Shown here: piece after piece, positions 14,827 to 22,405 of the stretch
How the letters are laid out: each line of letters begins with the position of its first letter
Position numbering within the stretch: the first letter of the stretch is position 1
Program-made: the position numbers and the translations under genes
Source: Nitrosomonas europaea
GTDB taxonomy: Bacteria; Pseudomonadota; Gammaproteobacteria; Burkholderiales; Nitrosomonadaceae
Reading direction: 5' to 3'
DNA: 32,000 nucleotides
Assembly (NCBI RefSeq): GCF_900167395.1
Contig: NZ_FUWK01000031.1
Coordinates: 3,594 to 35,593, forward strand
Notes under the pieces: generated by a model
What the model was told of the DNA's origin: nothing
Seen by the model: only the letters and a program-made list of their open reading frames with translations
The model's database searches: none

Positions 14827-17379
14827 ATGAAGCAGTTCCCTCTGGCACTGATTGGCCTGCTTTGCGCCTCATCAGCCTGGGCAGCTCAAGATGTCGAACA
14901 ACAGAAACAGTTTTCCCGCAAAAATCTTTCAACACAGGCAGACAACAGTTCAGACGGAATCCGGGTATCAGGCGCAAACGGGGAGCACGCAGGGGAGCAG
15001 TTGGCGCAAGCGGCGGACGAACAGGTGCAAACCGGTAAATCGAGCAATAGTGACAACCTGAATGAACAGAAAGAGAAGGATAGTGGTGAGCCGGCTGGCC
15101 AGAATGAAACTGTTTTCAGGGAAATGGTAATTACAGGTGAAATAGAGCGGGATTCGCACTTTACTTCGCCTTCGATGCGCGTAACCCGGGCGCAGGTCGA
15201 ACAGCAGAATGCGCAAACTACCGAAGAAGTGCTCAAATACATGCCCAGCCTGCAAATACGTCAGCGCTACGTGGGCGATCCGAATGGTGTGTTGGGGATT
15301 CGCGGAGCCGATATGTTTTCAACTGCGCGCAGCATGGTTTATGCCGATGGTCTGCCGTTGCACAACTTTCTGCAGGCTTCTTTCAATGGTGCGCCGCGCT
15401 GGTCGCTGGTCGGTCCTAACGAAATCGACTCGGTTGATGTCGTTTATGGCCCTTTCTCGGCCGAGTACAGCGGCAACTCGATAGGGGGCGTTGCCAATAT
15501 CAGAACGCGCATGCCGCACAAGCAGGAATTTTACTTTGAAGGCAGCCTGTTCATTCAGCCCTACAAGAATTACGGGGAGGATAAAGGAACATTCATTGGT
15601 GACCGGCAGTATTTTTCCTACGGCAACAGGATTCAGGACAAGTTTACGGTGTTCCTGGCTTACAACCGGCTGGAGGCTCAGGGTCAGCCAATGTCTTATT
15701 TTATTGATAATACCGGGTTGTCCAACGTGCCTGGAGGAACACCGGTGACGGGGGGTATCAGGACACCGGATACGCGCGGTACACCCAGTATCATTTATGG
15801 TGATACCGGTCCCGAAAAAGTGAATACTCACTTGTTCAAGGGTAAATTCGGGTACGACATCACTTCCGATCTGCAGGCGTTGTTTACCGTGGCGTATGAA
15901 GAGCGTACCCGCAACCAGAACCATCCGAGCAACTACCTGTATACGGCGAACGGGGATTATTTCTGGGGAGGGAATGCGCCTACCTGTAATTCGGTTGCCA
16001 CCTGTTCGACTCCGGGTAATGCTTCTCTGGATGGCACACGCTTCGATGTGGTGCGCAGTGGTTTCGGTGAAAGTCGTGACAAGCGTGAGACGCTGAATCT
16101 GGGTTTGTCGCTGCGCGGTGCGCTGACGCCCGACTGGGATGTCGATACCACATTCAGCTATTTCGATGTGTTGAAGGATATTCGTGCGACGGCGTTTTTC
16201 AATCATGCCGATCCGGGCAATACCGGTGCCGGGCAATTGCAGGATTTCCGCAAATTCAACTGGTGGAATTACGATCTCAAGCTGAGTACGCCCATGCTGC
16301 TGGGTTACGACAAACTGTCGTTTCTGGCCGGATACCATTTTGACCAGTACAACCTCAGTTTCCGGCAATATAGCCTGACCAGTTATGAAGATCTGACCCG
16401 GGGTGCATTGCAGGCCAACCGCAATAATGATGGCCGCACATCGACTCATGCGATCTTTGCCCAATCCATGTTCCGCTTCATGCCGGACTGGGATATTACC
16501 GCCGGTGTGCGTCAGGAATGGTGGGAAGCAAGCAAGGGAGTCGCCTCCAATGTGGCCGTGCCCGATCGCACCGAAACAGCCACTTCTCCGAAGGTTTCAC
16601 TGGGGTATGAGCCTGGACAGTGGAAATTCCGCTATTCCTTCGGGCGTGCGCACCGTTTCCCGGTGATTGCAGAGCTTTTTCAGTCACTTGGTACACCTAC
16701 CAGTATTCTGGTTGCGAATGCGACGCTCAAACCTGAAAATGGCGTGCATCATAATTTTATGATGGAGTACGGGTTACCGAAGGGTTATGTTCGTGTCAAC
16801 GTATTTCGGGATGACATCAAGGACGCCATCCGCCAGATCACTTCCGCCTCGGGAGCACTTACAACCAGCGCTTTCCAGAATATCGGTGAAGTTGGTACAA
16901 CCGGTGTGGAGCTGATCTTCGAACAGCGAAATATTCTGGGCTCACGGTTCGATTTTATGTTCAACGGTACCTGGATGAACTCAAAAGTGGAAGACGGGCC
17001 GGTCGTGAGATTTACCGAATCAACCGGCGTGCCTGCCAACTACAGTCTGACCGGGAAACAGGTCATTCGTCTGCCACACTGGCGAGTCAATGTTTTCGGT
17101 ACTTACCATGTGACGGATGCCTGGGATGTTTCCCTGTCCGGCCGCTATACCAGCGATTCCTATAATGATCCTGATAACAGGGACTATAAGAACAACGTAT
17201 TCGGTGCCCAGAGCGATTTCTTCTTCATGGATTTCAAGACCAGCTACCGGTATCGGTTCAACAACGGGCTGAAAAGCCGATTCTCATTCGGTATCAGCAA
17301 CCTCAACAACGACAAGGCCTGGGTATTTCATCCCTATCCGCAGCGTACCTATCTGCTCGAAGCTGCGTTCAGTTATTGA
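14827..17379 (+). CDS. TonB-dependent outer-membrane receptor with a long low-complexity N-terminal extension
   Basis: Signal peptide MKQFPLALIGLLCASSAWA, about 85 aa of Gln/Glu/Asp/Asn/Ser-rich sequence, then TonB-box-like ETVFREMVITG, a plug (LGIRGADMFSTARSMVYADGLPL) and a C-terminal strand LLEAAFSY. Confidence 0.9.
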   Translation: MKQFPLALIGLLCASSAWAAQDVEQQKQFSRKNLSTQADNSSDGIRVSGANGEHAGEQLAQAADEQVQTGKSSNSDNLNEQKEKDSGEPAGQNETVFREMVITGEIERDSHFTSPSMRVTRAQVEQQNAQTTEEVLKYMPSLQIRQRYVGDPNGVLGIRGADMFSTARSMVYADGLPLHNFLQASFNGAPRWSLVGPNEIDSVDVVYGPFSAEYSGNSIGGVANIRTRMPHKQEFYFEGSLFIQPYKNYGEDKGTFIGDRQYFSYGNRIQDKFTVFLAYNRLEAQGQPMSYFIDNTGLSNVPGGTPVTGGIRTPDTRGTPSIIYGDTGPEKVNTHLFKGKFGYDITSDLQALFTVAYEERTRNQNHPSNYLYTANGDYFWGGNAPTCNSVATCSTPGNASLDGTRFDVVRSGFGESRDKRETLNLGLSLRGALTPDWDVDTTFSYFDVLKDIRATAFFNHADPGNTGAGQLQDFRKFNWWNYDLKLSTPMLLGYDKLSFLAGYHFDQYNLSFRQYSLTSYEDLTRGALQANRNNDGRTSTHAIFAQSMFRFMPDWDITAGVRQEWWEASKGVASNVAVPDRTETATSPKVSLGYEPGQWKFRYSFGRAHRFPVIAELFQSLGTPTSILVANATLKPENGVHHNFMMEYGLPKGYVRVNVFRDDIKDAIRQITSASGALTTSAFQNIGEVGTTGVELIFEQRNILGSRFDFMFNGTWMNSKVEDGPVVRFTESTGVPANYSLTGKQVIRLPHWRVNVFGTYHVTDAWDVSLSGRYTSDSYNDPDNRDYKNNVFGAQSDFFFMDFKTSYRYRFNNGLKSRFSFGISNLNNDKAWVFHPYPQRTYLLEAAFSY

Positions 17380-17591
17380 AGTACAGGTGTTTTTCTGCCC
17401 GATTATGTGATCTGAAACATCAGTAAAAATATCTGCAGAGTGTGCTTACGTAATTGAAGCTACCGAGCTGTTAATGTGGGTTCGGTAGGATGAGGTTAAA
17501 GTATTGTGTTCGTGATGCTATGATGAGCCGACCCGATGCCGAAGAAAACCCCCGAGGTGGCGTCGGGTCTGCTGGTTTCAGGAGGAAACAC

Positions 17592-17870
17592 ATGAATCGC
17601 GATCGGGTTTTGGCAGTATTGCGCCATAGTAAACCTATGTTGGCCAGTCGGTACGGTGTTCGTCGTTTGGCTTTGTTCGGCTCCACAGCACGTGATGACA
17701 GTGATGTTGATGTGCTGATGGTATTCGATGGTGTGGCAAGTGCAGCGCGTTATTTTGGCGTTCAGTTCCACCTGGAAGATGCATTGGGTTGCTCGGTAGA
17801 TTTGGTATCCGAGAAGGCGCTGCGGCCGGAGCTGCGTCCTTTCATCGAAAAAGAAGCGGTTTATGTTTGA
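17592..17870 (+). CDS. Nucleotidyltransferase (MNT) domain protein, antitoxin of a type VII-like HEPN/MNT pair
   Basis: MNRDRVLAVLRHSKPMLASRYGVRRLALFGSTARDDSDVDVLMVF contains the GSxxR...D.D minimal nucleotidyltransferase motif. Start is the ATG at 17592 after CAGGAGGAAACAC. It overlaps the downstream HEPN reading frame by 8 nt. Confidence 0.88.
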   Translation: MNRDRVLAVLRHSKPMLASRYGVRRLALFGSTARDDSDVDVLMVFDGVASAARYFGVQFHLEDALGCSVDLVSEKALRPELRPFIEKEAVYV

Positions 17871-18201
17871 GTTGGCCCGCGAGTGGCGTTTTTACCTGAC
17901 TGACATGATCAGTTTCGCCGAGAAGGTGCAGATTACTCGACCAGATACGCTTTGAAGCCAGTGGCCTGAATTACGACACTACGCTGCGCAATCTCGAATT
18001 GATCGGCGAGGCAGCGACCCATATTCCGGATGATATCCGGTCGGTACTCCCGATATTCCTTGGCGTATGATTATTGCTACGCGCAATCGGCTGATACACG
18101 GTTATCTCGGTATCGATAACGATACGATCTGGAGCATCATTCAGGATGAGATTCCCAAACTCTTGCGACAATTGACTGCCATGCTGGAGTCAATCAGATA
18201 A
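17863..18201 (+). pseudogene. HEPN/DUF86 toxin gene disrupted by two frameshifts
   Basis: Three consecutive frames carry the pieces. Frame a: MFELAREWRFYLTDMISFAEKVQITRPDTL, stop at 17953-17955. Frame b: ...SGLNYDTTLRNLELIGEAATHIPDDIRSVLPIFLGV, then a stop. Frame c: IPWRMIIATRNRLIHGYLGIDNDTIWSIIQDEIPKLLRQLTAMLESIR, stop at 18199-18201. The HEPN RNase motif R-x4-H (RNRLIH) sits in the last piece. Confidence 0.8.
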
Positions 18202-18388
18202 TCCTCTCCACCATAAAATCAACAAATCGAAATAGATCTCCCGTTTTTGTACTTTGAAGTGGAGGCCGAGTTTCAGTAAGGCAGCCTGTTAAAATAGGTA
18301 TTAACAACCTCCTGAAACTGTATCCTGATTCGTCCGGTTTCAGGCAGGCGCCGGTTTTTGACGTAAATAACATTCAAAGATATCAATC

Positions 18389-19693
18389 ATGACAGCTCAG
18401 CGGTATGTACGAGATTTGCTGAATTTCATCGACCAGAGTCCCAGTCCGTGGCATGCGGTGGCTACAATCGAGGCAACGCTCAGGGAATTTCGGTTCATCC
18501 GGCTGGAAGAAACAGACAAGTGGGCGTTGCAGGCGGGTGGACGGTACTATGTAGTACGGGATGATTCCTCCATTGTTTTGTTTATCCTGGGGAGCAAGGC
18601 ACCTGCCGAATCGGGTTTCAGGATTGTCGGGGCGCATACCGACTCGCCCGGGTTGCGGATCAGGCCGAACGGGGTAAGCGCCAGCGATGGATTGGCCCGG
18701 CTCAAGGTCGAAATTTATGGCGGGCCGATTCTGGCGACGTTTACTGACCGGGATCTGAGCCTGGCCGGGCGCATCAGTTATACCGATGACGGTGGACAGG
18801 TTGCGCACAAACGGATTTGTTTTGATCAGCCTCTGCTGCGTTTGCCGAATCTGGCGATTCATATGAACCGGGGAGTCAATGAGGACGGGCTGAAGCTGCA
18901 TAAACAGAATGAGTTGCCGCTGTTGTTTGCACAACTGACCGACGATCAGTTGCCACAGCCTTATTTTCTGGCGTTGCTGGAACAGAAGGCCGGTATCCCC
19001 GCCACACAAATCCTGTCCTGGGATCTCGCGGTTTATGACACCCAGAAAGGGACACTCTGGGGAGCAAATCAGGAGTTTTACACCAACAGTCAGATCGATA
19101 ATCTGGCCAGTTGCCATGCCGGACTGCAGGCGGTACTGGACGATACCATTCTGGATCATGCCGAAAGTACGCTGGTATGCGCATTTTTCGATCATGAAGA
19201 AATCGGTAGTGAAAGTCATATTGGTGCCGGAGGCAGTTTCCTGTCCGATGTATTGCAACGCATCAATCTGGCGGTCTCACGAGATCCGGAGGATGGTGCG
19301 CGTGCGTTTGCCCGCAGTTTTCTGATCAGTGCAGATATGGCGCATGCCTATCATCCCAACTTTCCTTCATCCTACGATGCGGATCATAAAGTCTTCGTGA
19401 ACCGGGGTCCGGTCATCAAATTCAACGCCAACCGTCGCTATAGCTCCGAAAGTATTTCTGCTGCGCATTTCATGCGCTGGTGTGAAGCAGCCGGTGTACC
19501 TTACCAGCGTTATTCACACCGCTCCGATCTACCCTGCGGGAGTACCATCGGGCCGATTGCTTCGGCAAAGCTCGGCATACGCAGTATCGATATCGGCTGC
19601 CCGATGTGGGCGATGCACAGTATCCGGGAAAGCGCCGGTGTTCAGGACCATGAGTACATCATCAAGGCACTGAAGCAGTTTTTCAGTAGCTGA
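18389..19693 (+). CDS. apeB: M18 family aminopeptidase (aspartyl aminopeptidase-like)
   Basis: Resembles my recollection of Pseudomonas ApeB along its full length: LLNFIDQSPSPWHAV, GGRYYVVRDDSS, GAHTDSPGLRIRPN, DRDLSLAGR, IPNLAIHMNR, DNLASCHAGL, FDHEEIGS, GPVIKFNANRRY, CGSTIGPI and MHSIRE. Confidence 0.93.
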   Translation: MTAQRYVRDLLNFIDQSPSPWHAVATIEATLREFRFIRLEETDKWALQAGGRYYVVRDDSSIVLFILGSKAPAESGFRIVGAHTDSPGLRIRPNGVSASDGLARLKVEIYGGPILATFTDRDLSLAGRISYTDDGGQVAHKRICFDQPLLRLPNLAIHMNRGVNEDGLKLHKQNELPLLFAQLTDDQLPQPYFLALLEQKAGIPATQILSWDLAVYDTQKGTLWGANQEFYTNSQIDNLASCHAGLQAVLDDTILDHAESTLVCAFFDHEEIGSESHIGAGGSFLSDVLQRINLAVSRDPEDGARAFARSFLISADMAHAYHPNFPSSYDADHKVFVNRGPVIKFNANRRYSSESISAAHFMRWCEAAGVPYQRYSHRSDLPCGSTIGPIASAKLGIRSIDIGCPMWAMHSIRESAGVQDHEYIIKALKQFFSS

Positions 19694-19836
19694 GAAACTT
19701 CTGAAAAACTACCTGCGTTGCCATTTTTGCGTTAAAAATCGGTATCAAAATGCTCATTTATTATATATAAACTCCGCTTTTTCGCCGATTTTTGCCTTGA
19801 ACTGACTACCTCGCCGACGTTTTTCAGAGGTTCCCT
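19692..19836 (+). repeat. MITE-like palindromic repeat, copy 1 (about 145 bp)
   Basis: About 90% identical to the reverse complement of 31510..31655. Its ends are inverted repeats (left ...CTTCTGAAAAAC; right end reverse complement AGGGAACCTCTGAAAAAC). It begins at the apeB stop codon. A solo end-like sequence, AACCTCTGATTAAATC, follows at about 19839-19854. Confidence 0.75.
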
Positions 19837-19893
19837 GAAACCTCTGATTAAATCAATACTTCAAAATGCGTTTTATCCGCTGTTAGCCGGTGA

Positions 19894-19939
19894 TGCGACA
19901 ATTTGTCACATTGTTATGCCCTTTCTCCCGCTTTATGAT
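19894..19939 (+). promoter_or_regulatory. 17-bp palindromic operator plus predicted sigma70 promoter (site B)
   Basis: TGCGACAATTTGTCACA (19894-19910) differs from the perfect palindrome at one position. It is followed directly by TTGTTA (-35), a 17-nt spacer and TATGAT (-10, 19934-19939). Confidence 0.6.
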
Positions 19940-20054
19940 GGGTGCCCTGCAGTAACTGCAATCACTTTAAGGGTTTCATAACAGGGATAAAAACATGAAG
20001 GGAACAAAAAGGTTTGAGCAATCGCGACAACATCTGCTCAAGGCTGGGGATGCC

Positions 20055-22118
20055 ATGATCAGAAAACCGCTGGCGGTTGCGATGGTGGGTGTGCTGGCGG
20101 GCATGACATCGGTATGGGCGCAGGCAGAAAGTAAAAAGGAACCGGTGCAACTGGAAACAATCGAGGTCGTGGCATCCGGGCAGGGGTCGCTTACGGTTCC
20201 AACGCTGGTTGAGGCGCAGCATGAAATGCGCAAAATCCCGGGCGGAGCAAATATCATCGACAGCGAATCTTATGCCAATGGCCGGGGTTCGACACTGCAG
20301 GATGCGCTGGGGTATTCGCCGGGAGTGTTTGTTCAATCCCGTTTCGGTGCCGAGGAAGCGCGTCTGTCAATTCGCGGTTCCGGCATCCAGCGTTTCTTTC
20401 ACTTGCGCGGCATCAAGATTCTGCAGGATGGTTCGCGGGTGAATCTGGCTGATGGTGGCGCGGATTTTCAGGTGATCGAGCCACTGGCAGCACGCTATAT
20501 CGAAGTTTATCGGGGTGCCAATGCATTGCAGTATGGATCGACCACGCTGGGTGGTGCGATCAATTTCGTCACGCCCACCGGCTACGATGCTGAACGTTTC
20601 CGCGCACGTGGTGAGGCAGGCAGCTTTGGTTATAACCGCCTGATGCTTTCTTCCGGTGGTGTGCATGGTTCTCTGGATTATTTTGCCAGTGTTTCCCGCT
20701 ACAGTCAGGATGGTTTCCGTGACTGGTCGGAGCAGGAAAACTGGCGCATGTTCAGCAATGCCGGGTATCGAATCACGCCCGATCTGGAAACCCGTTTTTA
20801 CCTGACCTATACCAAAACCAATTCACAATTGCCAGGCGAGCTGACCAAAGCAGAACTGAAAGACAACCCGAAGCAGGCAAATTTCTTTAACAGCAATATA
20901 GCGCGGTACAAGCGGGATTTTGATTTGATCCGCGTGGCCAATCGTACTGTGATGAAATTGGGTGAGGCCCAGCAACTGGAATTTTCCGCATTCTATGCGC
21001 ATAAAAAAGTATGGCACCCGATTTATGTGGTGATGGAGCAGCCTTCGCATGATTACGGCCTTGGGTTGCGCTATATCAACGAAATGCCGATTGCCGGCTG
21101 GCGTAACCGGTTTGTGGCCGGTTTCGAGCCAAGCTGGGGCAAGGTGATGGATAACCAGTTCGTTAATATCAATGGTGAGGCTGGTCCGCGAATTCACAAA
21201 TATGATCAGGATGTCAGCAGTTATACGGTGTATGGAGAGAATCAGTTTTACCTGCTGCCGGAACTTGCACTGGTGGTGGGTGCCCAGTACACCAACATGA
21301 CACTCAAACAGAAAGATCTGCATACGGGTGATCCGCGGCAGAAGAAAAACTACGAACGCTTCACCCCCAAGGCAGGACTCATCTATGACCTGAATCCGGA
21401 AATTCAATTCTTCACCAACGTCAGTACCAGTTTCGAGCCACCCAGTTTTTCCGAGCTGGCCAGTTGGCAGGCGACACCGGTACTGGCCAGTGCCCAGCGC
21501 GCACTGACCTTCGAAGTGGGAAGCCGGGGCCGTTTTGGTATCGCCGAATGGGATGTTGCATTTTATCGCTCACATGTGCGCAATGAATTGCTTGCCCGCG
21601 TGGATCCAGTGTCCCGTTTCCCGATAGGAATGGTCAATGCGGATAAAACCGTGCATCAGGGAGTGGAATTGGGTCTGGATATGGAACTGGCAAAAATGCT
21701 TTACCTGCGCCAGATGTATACATTCAGCGATTTCAAGTTTGATGGCGACCCGCTTTTCGGAAACAACCAGCTGGCCGGTATTCCGCGCCATTTCTACAAG
21801 GCGGAGCTGCTCTATCGCCATCCTGCCGGCTATTATGCCGGTCCGAACGTGGAATGGTCACCCGAGAAGTATTATGTGGATCATGCCAATACGTTGTCTG
21901 TCGATACCTATGCGCTGCTTGGATTCAAGCTGGGTAAGCGCAACAAAACCGGCTTTTCCTGGTTTGTCGAGGGGCGTAACCTGACTAACCAGAAATATGC
22001 GGCGACGGTTTCCGTAACCGACATCGCGGGGGTTGGTGCCTTTGGTGGCGCAAACTCGGCCTTGTTCTTCCCGGGAGATGGCCGCTCCTTCTTTGCTGGT
22101 CTGGAGTATCGGATGTAG
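20055..22118 (+). CDS. TonB-dependent outer-membrane receptor (paralog B)
   Basis: Signal peptide MIRKPLAVAMVGVLAGMTSVWAQA, TonB-box-like LETIEVVA and a plug (ARLSIRGSGIQRFFHLRGIKILQDG). The ORF is open from ATG 19995, but the first 20 codons are not conserved with paralog C, so I prefer ATG 20055. It ends ...FFAGLEYRM. Confidence 0.88.
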   Translation: MIRKPLAVAMVGVLAGMTSVWAQAESKKEPVQLETIEVVASGQGSLTVPTLVEAQHEMRKIPGGANIIDSESYANGRGSTLQDALGYSPGVFVQSRFGAEEARLSIRGSGIQRFFHLRGIKILQDGSRVNLADGGADFQVIEPLAARYIEVYRGANALQYGSTTLGGAINFVTPTGYDAERFRARGEAGSFGYNRLMLSSGGVHGSLDYFASVSRYSQDGFRDWSEQENWRMFSNAGYRITPDLETRFYLTYTKTNSQLPGELTKAELKDNPKQANFFNSNIARYKRDFDLIRVANRTVMKLGEAQQLEFSAFYAHKKVWHPIYVVMEQPSHDYGLGLRYINEMPIAGWRNRFVAGFEPSWGKVMDNQFVNINGEAGPRIHKYDQDVSSYTVYGENQFYLLPELALVVGAQYTNMTLKQKDLHTGDPRQKKNYERFTPKAGLIYDLNPEIQFFTNVSTSFEPPSFSELASWQATPVLASAQRALTFEVGSRGRFGIAEWDVAFYRSHVRNELLARVDPVSRFPIGMVNADKTVHQGVELGLDMELAKMLYLRQMYTFSDFKFDGDPLFGNNQLAGIPRHFYKAELLYRHPAGYYAGPNVEWSPEKYYVDHANTLSVDTYALLGFKLGKRNKTGFSWFVEGRNLTNQKYAATVSVTDIAGVGAFGGANSALFFPGDGRSFFAGLEYRM

Positions 22119-22138
22119 GCGCATAAAATAGATCAAGG

Positions 22139-22166
22139 CGGCATACCCCGGTAATGAGGTATGCCG
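22139..22166 (+). terminator. Stem-loop after receptor B (possible weak terminator or processing site)
   Basis: CGGCATACC-N10-GGTATGCCG lies 20 bp after the stop. No clear U-tract follows, so its function is uncertain. Confidence 0.35.
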
Positions 22167-22254
22167 GGAAACCGAATAAAATGGTATTCCCTAGCTTTTT
22201 TTGCTGATCCGAATTTCGAATTAACCCGTTAATCCGTTTGTTTTTTCTTCAAGG

Positions 22255-22300
22255 TGCGACAATTTGTCGCATTGTGATGTCATTCTGCCAGGCTTAAGAT
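22255..22300 (+). promoter_or_regulatory. 17-bp palindromic operator plus predicted sigma70 promoter (site C)
   Basis: TGCGACAATTTGTCGCA (22255-22271) is a perfect palindrome identical to site A. It is followed directly by TTGTGA (-35), a 17-nt spacer and TAAGAT (-10, 22295-22300). Confidence 0.6.
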
Positions 22301-22405
22301 TGGCAGCGTGCAGTAATTGCCAATACTAATAATTCCAGAGGGAAGAAAATGAAGGAAAAGAAGGTTAAACAAGCTGGGCTTTATGAGTCATCGGGTGGAG
22401 AAATC

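Noticed and set aside
15319-16464. 381-aa ORF antisense to receptor A
   Set aside because: It is a shadow ORF inside a TBDR with a clear plug, barrel and terminal strand. Its translation is Arg/Gln/Ile-rich with no domain.
18383-19258. 291-aa ORF antisense to the M18 aminopeptidase
   Set aside because: It is a shadow ORF. The plus-strand frame resembles ApeB-type aminopeptidases end to end.
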